From Octopus vulgaris (Eukaryota): a DNA stretch of 64,000 nt. Of this stretch, positions 40,297 through 54,930 are shown one piece after another. The notes under the pieces were generated by a model. It did not search any database. It was not told the origin of the DNA and saw nothing but the letters and a program-made list of their open reading frames with translations. Both the position numbers and the translations under genes were made by a program. Position 1 is the first letter of the stretch. Every line of letters starts with the position of its first letter. The DNA lies in NCBI GenBank assembly GCA_951406725.2, contig OX597832.1, positions 18,600,001 through 18,664,000 on the forward strand, given 5' to 3'.

Positions 40297-40956
40297 ATAT
40301 ACATATATATGTATACAGACACACAAACGCACACACACACATACACACTCACACACATATATACTTATATACGGATATTGTTATATATATTGTTTTATAT
40401 ATTGTTATATATATGCATGTATGTAGGTATGTGCATTAAACATCACCAAACTGTCGCATCCATCCATATTTTCCTTAAGCACACGCATAGAAGAATAACC
40501 TGTGTGTACGTGTGTACGTGTGTGTGTGTGTGTGTATCCTCATACATAAATATATACATATTTGTATGTGGCTACACATACGAAAATACCTACAGGTATA
40601 CCTACACATTTACATATATACTTACACAATTATATACGTACTGATAACCTCCGTATACATGTCAATGTATACGGAAATCTATTAATTACTGAAGGCTTGA
40701 AAAGCAATTATGCAAATCAGCGTGTGACACATTAGCGATGTCAAGTATGGCAATAAGAAAACACATTTGCTCCATCAGATTAGATGTTTATGCATTTTTG
40801 AGGATATAAAGGCCAATCTTTGTGTTTTACCCGCAGAAAGTACATACACAGCTATGCATAAATATGTGTACATGTTCCAACGGATGTATGCATGAGTGTA
40901 AAATGTTTGTGGGTGGGTGGATGTCTGTATACATATATGTATGTATATATATGATA

Positions 40957-41050
<94 letters not shown>

Positions 41051-41185
41051 AAGTATAGTTTGAAATGGGAAAACAATTTTTGTCCTACACAATAATGAAG
41101 GGACACATTTGCAAATATATATCATGAAAGCGCGTATTGGGTATGTATCTATGTAGGTATACACGTATGTATGCAAGTATGGGCT

Positions 41186-41222
<37 letters not shown>

Positions 41223-41344
41223 ATGTAACTATACGTATATGTATATATATATATATATATATATCATGTACAGTGCGTATATATTCTTCAAATACACATA
41301 TACAGAGAAAGCGAAAGACAGAGTGAAATTGGGAGATGTGCTTG

Positions 41345-41383
<39 letters not shown>

Positions 41384-41837
41384 ATTTGCGTGAGTGCTTC
41401 ATATGTTTATGCGTGTACCCGTCTTCGTATAAACAAATCTGCTTCACAGATCACATGAACATTCAATTACTTATTTTTAAGGCATTGAAGCGTAAGATAT
41501 TTACCTCATTAATTTTTCCCACGGAATCAACCACATTAAATGTCTTATGATTTTTTTCCCCCCATCGATATGATGTGAAGAGAACGGAATGTGGAAGTCT
41601 CAAATATGTCTCACTTAACTTATGCTATTGCATTTCCATAAACTGAAGAAGTATTGTTTTTGTCTTTAAAATATATAGGGGCAATAATCGCATCAATTGG
41701 AATTCTTTTTTTAAATAATTGTTCTTCATTCACCCGAGTGGCATAGTTTCGTCAGAAACTGATGGAGATGCGACGATATAAAGACGCACACACGATCGCA
41801 CATACATGAACACGTATATTTGCACACGATATACATT

Positions 41838-41984
41838 GGCGCAGGCGTAGCAGTGTGGTAAGAAGCTTGCTTCGCTGGCACATGTTTCCGGGTTCAGTCC
41901 TTCTGTCTGGCACCTTGGTTAAGTGTTTTCAACTATAACCTCGGACCAACCAAAGACTTGTGAGTGAAACTCAAAGAAGACCGT

Positions 41985-42072
<88 letters not shown>

Positions 42073-42430
42073 TGTCTGTACTTGGCTTACAAAGATTAAA
42101 TCCTAGGGTCAATTTACAGATGCATATCTAAGAGATGAGGAATTAAATTCATTATTTAAATTATTTACATTTGACGTATATTTGACCTCATCTTGATTCT
42201 TGTAAGCACAACGTTTCAACTGATATACATACCCTCCAGCCTTCATTAGGTATCTTGGTGAAATTTCTAACCTTGGTTCTCATTCCTAAGCTATTATTCG
42301 ATGTTTTTGATATTATTAACAACAAAAAGGATGAGAACAAATATCCGTCAAATATAAATAATGTAGGGTCAATTTTTAGAGTAAAGGCCGTGTTCCATCA
42401 TGGCCGCAGTCAAACGACCGAAACAAATAA
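41838..42430 (+). mobile_element. SINE family B interrupted by a 248-bp insertion
   Basis: GGCGCAGGCGTAGCAGTGTGGTAAG head; tail TAAAGGCCGTGTTCCATCATGGCCGCAGTC resumes after the TSD. Confidence 0.85.
42116..42363 (-). mobile_element. TSD-bounded mini-element with decayed hammerhead and inverted repeat (Penelope-like end)
   Basis: 12-bp TSD TAGGGTCAATTT at 42104-42115 and 42364-42375; minus strand CTAATGA-A-GGCTGGA...TCAGTT-GAA-ACGT-T; inverted arms about 42161-42203 / 42318-42361. Confidence 0.8.
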
Positions 42431-42772
42431 GCGATCACGTGCTCGCACACACAAGCACAGACATGCACACACATAGATGTATTTCTGAAACTTATGCAGT
42501 GAATTCAAATTATTATCGCTTCCTAAGCAGCCGAAGTGACATGGTTAAAGTAATAGATGAATGTCATCTTACGAAGATTACTGGATAATTTTCATATGGG
42601 TCGAAGTGTTTCTGGTACAAGGATTAAAATACTTTATTGATCGACTCACGTTTTCTTTTATTTTTCACGTCTTTTGTCCAAACCTGTTTGAAGCGAACCA
42701 ACTGCTTCTCCGCGATAGTTTTGATTCCATTGTCATATGATTGAGAGTCATAGACACATAACTTTCAAACAC

Positions 42773-42809
<37 letters not shown>

Positions 42810-42829
42810 CACAAACACGTAGACACGCT

Positions 42830-43322
<493 letters not shown>

Positions 43323-43774
43323 TATATACATATATACGTTCAAATTTGAATGGTGGTTTCCTTATTTTCAATTTGACTCGTTAATAATCTTTTTATTAAT
43401 CACCAAGTCGTTGCCCGCCTGTTTACTTTATTCCTGATACCTAACACGTTATGTAACCAGTTATAAACTTTAAAAATATTTTTTTTATTGTGTAAGGCGA
43501 AGTGAAAATTGCTCCTGAAACAATTGTAGCAGTATGTAATACCCATAAAACGACCGATAAAATAAGTACTAGTTTGTCCCCTCAATGTTTAGCACGTTAT
43601 AGGCAATAAAGAAATAAGAAATATATTAAAGAAGAATGTAACCAATTTCTATCTTTCAAATCATTCAGGAGTCATAATGTAAAAACCATTTGCACACACA
43701 CACCTATATATATATATATATATCTACACTTGAGCCCTGAGAAGGTAGACGTTATGTAACTATATGTGTTTGTA

Positions 43775-44153
43775 TGGAGGCGTAATGGTTCAGTGGTTAG
43801 GGAAGCGGACTCGCGGTCATAGTATCGCCGTTTCAATTCCCAGACCCGGCGTTGTTAGTGTTTATTAAGCGAAAACACCTAATTCTCTCCGAGGCTCCGG
43901 CAAGAGGTGGTGGTGAACCCTGCTGTATTCTTTCATCTCAACATTCTCTCACTCTTTCTTCCTGTTTCTATTGTGCTTGTATTTCAAAGGGCCAGCCTTG
44001 TCGCACTCTGTGTCACGCTGAATTTCCCCCCGAGAACTACTTTGACGGTACACGTGTCTGTGGAGTGCTCAGCCTCTTGCATGTTAATTTCACGAGCAGG
44101 GTGTTTGGTCAGATTGGATCAACTGGAAACCTCGTCGTCGTAACCGACGGAGT
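43775..44153 (+). mobile_element. Full-length tRNA-derived SINE, family C
   Basis: TGGAGGCGTAATGGTTCAGTGGTTAGGGAAGCGGACTCGCGGTC...GTTTCAATTCCC head; tail CCTCGTCGTCGTAACCGACGGAGT. Confidence 0.85.
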
Positions 44154-44633
44154 ACATATGTATGTGAGTGCGCGCGTGTGGATTTGATTGTTTACGTGCG
44201 CGCGTATGTGTGCGTGCGAGTGAGTTAGCGCGCGATTATGTATGTGTATGTACGTACACACAAAATCATGTGCTAAGAAAAGGGTGGTGATAAAAAAGCA
44301 TTACTCTATTCAGGTACGGTAAGGAAATGTCACATATCGATATATTTCTCTATCAGCTCACTAAATTTGTGATACAGACGGTGTTTAGCATATTAAAGTG
44401 TATTCTAAAACGTAGACTGTGAACCCTCTACCTTTGAATGTACATTTATATTTTGTGCGTTTGTGTATACTTAAGTGTACAATCACAGACACATACATAC
44501 TTATGCACAAATATGTAGGCTGCTAAAGATATAAAAAGGACAAGTTTTCCTACGTGCAAACGTATGCATGCATATATACAGTCACACATACAAACATATA
44601 TATAAATATATACATAAACACTCACATAAGTTA

Positions 44634-44671
<38 letters not shown>

Positions 44672-44741
44672 CATTTGGGTGTGTATGTGTATGTAGTACA
44701 CCTACATATAAATCTTGTCGAAAAAAGTTAAGAGACAATGA

Positions 44742-44838
<97 letters not shown>

Positions 44839-45609
44839 TGTGTGTACGTATGTATGTGTGCATGTGTGTGTATTTATAATCCTACACATTGACACGCACA
44901 CATGGATTATTTATGTGTGCGTGTATGCGTGTTTATCAGTGTACTCCTGTGATATTTCCTCGTCATCGAATTGTAACCGCAATGGAAACACGATCTTCAG
45001 ATGAAAATGGAAGAAAATTAAGTTAATTCCACGAAATTTTAAAGATAAAAAAAAAATCCGAAATGAGAAGCGATATGAGCAAAACTGAAACAGGGGGAAG
45101 TATTGAGTATGAGGATTGAATGTTAGGGAAGAGAACAGAGAGTGAGAGAGAGAGGGGGAGAGAGAGAGAATAGAGTGTCAGTGACTGAGAGAGTGTGAAA
45201 ATTAGTTTGACTGGTAAGGGAGAGAATTAAAAATTAAATTGTATTTATATCATACATTAAAGACAAAAAATAAAAATGATCAAAGTATAGATTTTCTTTT
45301 AAGCATGTGTTAAGTTTAGGTACAAAAATATACTAAATAACGGAAATTGAATGAAATACAATCTTCTTTATCGTATTTATTATTTGCAGTTTTATGTCAT
45401 TTTATTTCTTTAATTACGTTATGCTTCCTTTTTTATTTTTTTTTTTGCCTCCGATCTTAAGATAATATCTCATGGTGGTAAAATAAAATTTTCATTTCAA
45501 TTACTTATCACTAGAGATTCTCGATATGTGACTGCTGTCTTACAATTTTCTGCATGTTTATTATGATTACACACTTCCGATTGGAATAAAACACAGAAAG
45601 AAAGAAAGC

Positions 45610-45652
<43 letters not shown>

Positions 45653-45914
45653 GAAAAAAGAAAGAAAGAATTGAAAATTACGTGTTATTTAATTTTTTTT
45701 TGTCAATCTCTAAATTGATCTAAATTCGATTTACACACACCTACTGCGTGAATAATTCCATATCATATATATATGCGTTTTTGTTTACAGTTTATCGGTT
45801 TCATAGTCAGAATTAACATGATCCCCGTAAAGGATTTTTAGTTTGAGTCTGTATCTATTCATTATTTACTCGTTTTCTACTGCTTTTAAGTGCAGCAATC
45901 CTTCTTCTATTTTC

Positions 45915-46494
45915 TATTTGTTTCAGTAATTAGATTGCAGCCTTGCTGGAACAACGCCCTGAAGAAATTTATTCGAACGAACGAATCGACCCCAGTTCTA
46001 TTTTTAAAGCATAATGCTGGTTTTATCAGTCATATGCATATACGATCATCGTTGTCAAGCGGTGGCGGGGAACAACCACAGACATACACACACACACACA
46101 CGTAGATGGTTATATATACACCCAGAATGACGCTAATTTAGGATTTCTCGGGTTTCTGTGAATCAATTTTGTTAAAACTTTTCTCAGCTGGTTTGCACAC
46201 TATGGCAACACCATGGTCATTTTGAAATTTTCTTTTATTCTTTCATTTCTCTTATCTTTATCTTTCACTTGCTTTAGTCATTGTACTGTGCCAGTGCTGG
46301 AAGATCCCTTGAAAGATTTTCTCGAAAAATCGCCCCCATCCTTTAGGGTATTATCCCAATTGCCTCTTAACCGAACGGCCGATTTACAGGACCGTAAACA
46401 AAGCAGCACCATTTGTTAAGTGCTATTGAACACAAATACACACATAGACATATACATAGATCTTATACATACATATTTATATGCATACACACGT

Positions 46495-46547
<53 letters not shown>

Positions 46548-46550
46548 CAC

Positions 46551-46581
<31 letters not shown>

Positions 46582-46825
46582 TATATATATATACGTATGC
46601 ACACACACACACACATATATATATATATAAATAGAGAGAGAGAGAGGCGGAGAGAGAGAAGGAAAGATTGAGAGGGTTATTTCAGTTTTTCTCTACCTAA
46701 TCTACTCACAAAGCGTTGGCCAAAGGATATAATACAAGACATTTTCCCAAACAGCCACACAAAGGGACTGTACCAGGAGCCATGTTGTTGTGAAACAGAA
46801 TGCTCCCTATAGAGCCATGACCCGC
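45915..46825 (-). mobile_element. Two decayed family B SINEs (about 45915-46095 and 46245-46825)
   Basis: TTGTTTCAGT...TGCTGGAACAACGCC, TCGACCCCAG, GTTGTCAAGCG, TTCAGTTTTTCTCTACCTAATCTACTCACAA. Confidence 0.65.
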
Positions 46826-48980
46826 GTGTATATACTTATTTTGTAGTATGCTAGACGAGAGTCGATCGTCATGCTGTAGATCAACTTCCCTTCAATTATT
46901 TGTCTGAAAGGAACATTGTAGCAAGCCTAAAACAATACACTTACAGCAGAACATAACCAATTATGAGTGAAAGAGACAAACTTTGACTCCAGTAATTGAC
47001 CGGGGGTTCATTTATCGACTCCACAGATGTTAGCAAAAAAGATTACTCCAACGGAATTTTATCTCAGAATGGAAAGCACCACAACTTTATTTATGCGTAA
47101 TATTTTACAACTAGCTGAGCTCTGACTACAGTTATTCCATTGTATAGTGTCTAATCTATTACTTGATTCAGTGATTATTCTACGACTAGGCTTGGAAAAA
47201 AACTTGAAGCGTAAATTAGGTAGTTAATGTAAATTGATCGCTTTTAAGAAAAACTTCAAAAATCCGAAGTAAACGATGATTTTGTAACGGCGAAACATTT
47301 GCATAACCACGGGAATCGATACAGACGCAGAGACATATACATTCATGCATACATCCATAGATTCATACATACACATTCATAGGTACATAGATACAAAAAT
47401 TTAAACAAAAATACCCAGTTGTTGATGTTGAAATTCCAATGTAGGAGCCTTGGAGCTAGGTTAGAAACCGGTTCTTTCTCTATTGGTAAGAAAGCGTGAA
47501 AAAACTGAGCAATGACATACATACATGCATACATACATACATGCATATATACATACATATTTGTATACATATACACATACATATATACATACATTCATAG
47601 ATACATACATGAATACGTGAATAGCTACATACATACATTGATACAAATATGCATACATGCATACATGCATGCATACATATATATATACATACATAAATAA
47701 ATATATACATACATTCATACATACCTGTATACATAAACACACATCTTTACATGCATTTATAGATACATACATGATTGAATACGTGAATACCTACATTCAT
47801 ACATGCGTGCATGTATGCATTCATACATGCATATATATATATATATATACATATATACATATATACATGCATACATTCATAAATATATGCATACATATAA
47901 ACATACATATGTACATACATAAATATATAAATATATATATTCACACATACTTTGTTTCCTCATACTATATTCAATCTAACTATATTAAGCGGCCAAATTT
48001 CGTGCAGTTTGCAGTGCAGTAAGACTAAAAATCCAATTTGTTTTAATGGCTAAGGAAACGGCAATGCCATATGGTGTAATAAAATTAACGCATTTCTCTT
48101 TGAAATGGAAAACAAAAATATCAATCCATGTGAGACATTTAACGCTTGTCTAAATCCCATTCTCAATATTATGCATGCGGTAGAAAAATACTTATTAAGA
48201 GCCTTATTACGGAAACTAGTATTTATCCTTTATTTTACCGACAACTTGGGTTGAATATTAAATACACACATGTCAAACAAGCAAAACTTAAGAATGTAAA
48301 ACAGCTCTCGGAACGATATACAGAATATATCAGTGAGTATCTAAAACAATATGTTTATTTCATCTCCGACGAAGAGTCCTTGCTTGAAATCGTTAAATTC
48401 ACACTTTCCCCCAATCCACGCAGTCTTATTGATCGTAGCTAAAACAAATTATGACTAGATTCCCTGAACTCTGTATCTGACTATTTGTTTTCATTTTCCG
48501 ATCGCACATATCGATTTTCACCCAAGTCTGAAACAGATCATTCCAAGATGTGCACTTTATTTACTTGTACGTATGAGTTATATTTCCTGGCAAACAGTAG
48601 CAAGTTTGTTTATGTTCTAATTTACATTTCCTTGCCAAACTACAACAGATATTTCTTTTGTCAGTCTTCCATGTATTAATATCATTTCGCATCTAAGAAT
48701 AAACTGGTCATATAATTTAGTAGTCGGTTGTGTTGATTATGATCAATCTATATATTTATCTGTCTCTCCATCTATGTATCTACCTGGCTATCTCAGAATC
48801 AGCCTATCAATTTATGTATGTATGTATGTATGTATGTATGTATGTATGTATGTATGTATGCATGTATGTATGTATACATGTATGTATGTATGTATCTATC
48901 TATCAATCTATATCTATATCTATATATATATATAATATATATGTATATATATATATATATGTATCTATCTATCTCTCTAA

Positions 48981-49011
<31 letters not shown>

Positions 49012-49206
49012 CATGTATGTATACATATATATGTGTTTTTGTGTGAACGTGTGTGTGTATGTGTGGGTATACACACAGATATATATGTATGTATATATGC
49101 ATATACATATACATATACATATAAACACGCAGGCACACACACATATATATACATCCTTATGTGTATCTATATATATGAATATATATGTATATGTATATAT
49201 ATATAG

Positions 49207-49259
<53 letters not shown>

Positions 49260-50019
49260 TATAGTTATTATTGCGAGGATATATATATATATACCTCAGA
49301 AGAGAGAAAATCATATTCCAGCAAACATTGCAATTTTTCTCTTTCTTGCAACCTTTACACGATCACAGACACTCACATACCAACGTACCAGCACACACAC
49401 TCACACATGTACACTAATACACAAACAACACACACACACACAGAAACACAAGAACACATTATATACATATATGTCTGTGTATCTATATATCTTTATAATT
49501 GTGTGCGTATTCATGAGATTTTTTCGTAGCGCTAACTACCGGAAATTAAGCGTTTGTTTCAAGAAGTGATCTTCGAAGATTAACATTGAGAATTGGCAAC
49601 GCATAAGTATATTTGATGGAATAAGAGAGAAGCGAGTTATTGGAGAAATCCGTTCAATAACTGTCCAGCTTCTATCCTTCGTTTTTATTTTTATTCATAT
49701 TATTTTTTTCTTGTTTCATTTATATATAACCACTTTCAATATTTTCCAGTTATTTGTCTTTCGTATAATCGCCGATTAACAAACTCATACTGTGATACAT
49801 ATGTATGTATTTTAAATAGTTAATACATGTGTACATGCAAAACACACACACACACACATATACATATGTATAAACAGACATATCAAATACGCACACGTAA
49901 AAAGACAAATATTGATAGATATATTGGTCTGATGAATACACATATAGATGAGTGGGTTTGTACGTGTGAGCATGTAACTACCTATCTTTGGTCGCACATG
50001 CGCATACAACTATATATGT

Positions 50020-50148
<129 letters not shown>

Positions 50149-50644
50149 CACTATTGTGTTCATCTCAATATCACCATGTTTAATTTTAGTAATTATGTAT
50201 ATTGCCTGTATTCCTTCTAGCAGCATTTTCGTCGACCATGTAAAGGTCACATAAGTACACTAATTAGAAGATTGCTGTGAAAACATATTTATAAGCATTC
50301 ATTTATTTCCTTTCACGTTTTGGGTTCAAACCTCGGTCGAGTTTCCGGTCAGCATTAGGTTTCTTCATCATGGATCGATACAGTGAATAGCAATCAACTC
50401 AAAGACCGGCACCTAGGCATAACCTCCATTTTCTCTTTTGGTTTTGAAATTGTTTCTGTAAACTTTATTAAATTATTTTCCTAAGTTGGATAGCAAAGTG
50501 GTACATTGACCTGTAGCATCGTATTCGTGGGTTGGAGAAATTTGTTTTATAGGTGGTACGTGTTCTACGGATACACACACGCACACACACATGTACACAC
50601 ATATGCACACACATACACAAACATATTTTTATTCGTTTATGCTT

Positions 50645-50874
50645 TTTCTTGTTTCAGTATTTTGATCGCGGCCATGCTGGAGCACCGCCTTTAATCGAAC
50701 AAATCAACTCCATGTCCTATTTATTGTCGGCTTACTACTCATTCTACGGTCACTTTTATCGAACCAATAAGTTACGGGGACGTAAACATACCAACATTTG
50801 TTGTCAAGCAACGACGGGGGAAAAAACAGACACACACACACACACACATAAATACATACAAACACACATACTTT

Positions 50875-50912
<38 letters not shown>

Positions 50913-51045
50913 TACACACACATACACATATATATATACGACGGGTTTCTTTCAGTTTCCCTCTGCCAAATCAACTCTCACTTTTTGACTGAGATACTTG
51001 CCCAAGTTACTGCGCAGTGGGACTGGCCCCGGAACCATGTGTTTA
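50645..51045 (-). mobile_element. SINE family B
   Basis: CTTGTTTCAG...GGCCATGCTGGAGCACCGCCTTTA...AAGTTACGGGGACGTAAAC...GCAGTGGGACTG. Confidence 0.85.
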
Positions 51046-51119
51046 GAATAAGTCTTTTTAAATGTATATATATATATATAAGTATATATACGAGAAATAA
51101 GCAACAAGAATGGATTAGT

Positions 51120-51210
51120 TTTTAGTACAATTGTTTCATACAAAGACAGGCTTTATTACAAGTTGCAAAAATTGCAGCAGATAAAAGTGTCCCGTACTCA
51201 TCAGCTAAAA
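51120..51210 (-). ncRNA. Type I hammerhead ribozyme, intact core, long stem II
   Basis: Minus strand UUUUAG-CUGAUGA-GUACGGGACA...UGCAAUUUUUGCA...UGUCUUUGUAU-GAA-ACAAUUGU-A-CUAAAA: 6-bp stem I, palindromic stem III, GUA cleavage triplet. Confidence 0.85.
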
Positions 51211-52309
51211 TACATGAGTTCTCCAAACATCTTAGTGGGTGAGGTTATACTCATGAAATATTGGAGATAAGTATATATATATATATGTGTGAAGAAACGT
51301 GATCGTATTGTGCACTTTGTAATTAGTACAATGCTGTGTACTTGGATAACATTTTCACAGTTCTGAACTCCATGTTTTTTATGTTATACGACGTATTATA
51401 ACATGCGTTAACCTCGTTACAGATAAATCTTTAACCACCACCATTATCAAAATCACCATAAATATTGCTGTTTCTCATCTTTTAGCATAGTGTTATTGGT
51501 AGTATCATTTTTAATAGCATCATGCATTTAGTGCAGTCTATCAGTTGCTATTGATCTCTGTTAGACTATATTCCACAGAATCAATCATCATTAGTCTGAT
51601 GATGATATCCGAATTTAAGATCTGTCACCGTCATCTTTTTTTTTCTCTATCTTATATATTTATTTATGTCTAGTTATCATCAGCATGGCATCTGTCATTT
51701 CTGACACAGAAAAGATAACTCGTAAATCAAGACATACAAAAACAACAGAAACAAATAAAAGAATAAATTTCTTAAACATGGAAAACGAAACATCAAAACA
51801 GAAATCCCACCCAAATATTATAGAAAAGATATTGTTATGACGTGACCTTTGCAACCATTGACACCTGACCTGTAATTGTCTGGTGTTGGTCGAATCTCCA
51901 CACTCTTCACAATTTCCAGAATGACATGTCATTTTATTTTTAAATATTTTTCAAATATTTTTCTCGTAAGATTCTTAAAAAATGAAAAAAAAAAAAACAG
52001 ACAAGAAACGAGACGTACTTTCTTTGAAATTTTACATGATAATAGCTTGTTTTTTTCTCAAGACATTTTCGTCTTCATCTGCCGAGGTTTAAGATATGGT
52101 GCCGTTTGTGACAAGTAGTTCATTTTCTAGTTTTTATTTATTTATTTTTTTCGAATTCCTCTTCTATGATAAATTGTAAATCTATATGTATATAGTGTTA
52201 GTGTAACATGAAGGAAGAGAGGAAACGAGGCGCTTACAGACACAAATACAGTCATATATATGTGCATGTGTGTGTCTGTGCAGATGTGAGTGTGTGTATA
52301 TATATATGC

Positions 52310-52454
<145 letters not shown>

Positions 52455-52677
52455 AATAGACGAATGCATACTCACAAACACACACACACTGACATATATA
52501 CTTTGTGTATATGCATGAAGTAAAATCTACTTGTGTATTGACCTCTGCCTGACTGTATATTCTTAATAAGATGGTGTGTTGGAGAATCGAACGCACAATC
52601 ACATGCTCGCGATGATAACTACTTTACTATCTGACATGTTCCATTCACATACACAAATAAACGCATATACAGAGAAA

Positions 52678-52715
<38 letters not shown>

Positions 52716-52721
<6 letters not shown>

Positions 52722-52904
52722 ATAGAAGGAGCTTCTACAGGACTAGGACTGTTTCATTCAAATGAAATCATCAGGAAGCTCGTAAATCATTTGAATGAAA
52801 CAGTTCTAGTCCTGTAGAAGCTCCTTCTATAAAATAAATTAATTTACTCTGCCATGTATTGAGTACCTTATTTACTGTTGTTAACCCCGACTCAACCCGG
52901 GACC

Positions 52905-52907
<3 letters not shown>
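52716..52907. mobile_element. Mini-element in (TA)n with a 50-bp inverted repeat carrying the hammerhead
   Basis: Arms 52716-52765 / 52787-52836 with one mismatch; (TA)n on both sides. Confidence 0.8.
52729..52781 (-). ncRNA. Type I hammerhead ribozyme, intact core
   Basis: Minus strand GAGCUUC-CUGAUGA-UUUCAUUUGAAU-GAA-ACAG-UCCUAGUC-CUGU-A-GAAGCUC: 7-bp stem I, 4-bp stem III, GUA triplet; U.U at the first stem II position. Confidence 0.85.
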
Positions 52908-53003
<96 letters not shown>

Positions 53004-53372
53004 GATAGATAGATAGATAGACATATAGAGATATTTTTCGTATAGAATAAACTTATATTGCTCAAGGATTCAGACTTGAGATAGTATAGAAGCAAAAGTA
53101 GAGATAGGCGTGTTAGACACAAAGCTTATCAAATAAATGGATGTATGCATATTTAAAAGGTCGAAATTACACAGAGCACAAATGATGTAGAAAATTCAAG
53201 GGATGGAATAAAGGTATTAAAAATTGAACAACTGTTAGAGGGGGCTCGGTGATCCATAATAATCTTTGCAGATTAATTCCATCAGAGAATGCGGCCATAT
53301 CGATGGATTTAACAAAGGATGAGTGATCTTATGTTTGAGACCGTGAAATAGAAAAGTAGAGCGCAATGAAAA

Positions 53373-53582
53373 TATTGGTTTCAAATTTTGACACAAGGTC
53401 AGCTGTTTTTTTGTGGTGGGGGGAGCCTAATCCATTAAATTGATCCTAGTTCTCAACTGGTAAATTTTTTATTGAGCTTGAAAGTCAACGTTGGCGGAAT
53501 TTGAACTGGCATCATTAAAATCGTACGGAATTCCGCTAAGTATTTTGCACAGCTTGCTAACGGTTATGCCAGGTCGCTACCT
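53373..53582 (-). mobile_element. Decayed SINE family A
   Basis: ATTGGTTTCAAATTTTGACACAAGG...GGCGGAATTTGAACT...GCTAACGGTTATGCCAG. Confidence 0.75.
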
Positions 53583-53899
53583 TTTGGAAATTTAAATAAT
53601 GAAAAAAAAGCATTCAATCCTTTCAATTTGATTGCGCCCATGTTGTGGCTTCACATTAAACTGTTTAGTCATATGATTAGTCTCTTGTCGATCTTGCTAG
53701 AGTAGTGTTAATTAGAACCCATCATGAATTCACCCCACCCGCAACACACACAGACACACACAAACACTCGAAAACGAAAGGAGAGAGAGAGAAAACAGTA
53801 CAGGGCAGGGTCGCATATATTTCCATGTAAGTGTGTATATATATAAGGTGACAGATAGAATATAAAATATATTTGTGTATGTGCGTTTGTAACCACGGT

Positions 53900-54060
53900 G
53901 GGATTCGTCCAGTTTCCGCCTACCAATTCCACACACAAGGCTTCAGTCGGCTCGAGGTTATAGTAGAGTAGACATGCCCAACATGCCACGCAGTGGGACT
54001 GAACCTGGAATCATGTGATTATGAAGCAAGCTTCTTTCCACATACACACGCCATAGCCTA
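53900..54060 (-). mobile_element. SINE family B 5' half
   Basis: CAGTTTCCGCCTACCAATTCCACACACAAGGCTT...TGCCACGCAGTGGGACTGAACC. Confidence 0.8.
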
Positions 54061-54677
54061 TATACACATTTGCTTCCATACATATATACGCATTCATACG
54101 GGAGAGTGAGTGAGTGTGTGTATGTGTGTGTGGGGGGTGCGTGCGTGTGTGCTTGTGTGTAACCGAGTTCACATTAGCGGAAAGTGCCTCGCAGCATCAC
54201 CGAACCCGGAGCCATATGCTTACGAAGGTAGCTTCTTAACCATGCGGCCATATCTAAACCTAACAAGTTAAATGCAGAAACATTTCGACTAACACGCTAA
54301 CTGGTTGTACTAATGTATACACGGTAATTAGCTTTTGCTAAATTGACAGATCAGAAGACGTATCCGTTTCCCTTTAATCTATAATCCTCTTGATTACTGT
54401 ATTTCTCATTAATCATTTACATGAAAGAAATATTCGACGTCAGATTGAAAATATGTAACTTTAATCTACTCGAACATTTTTGTTCTGTTTTTGTCTAATA
54501 TTGATCGATTATTCATATTTAATGTATATGGCTTAAAGATACATGCATCATTATATTTACATCTGTCTATTTCTCTCTCACCCCACCTCCCTCTCTCTCT
54601 CTCTCTCCTTCTATTTCTTTCCCTGTATATATTAACACAGGCTGACGCAGGGAGAGAGTGTTCTTTACAAAGTGCTC

Positions 54678-54930
<253 letters not shown>

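Noticed and set aside
43775-43850. tRNA-like sequence (also 33600-33678)
   Set aside because: SINE head with A/B boxes continuing into the SINE body; no complete cloverleaf
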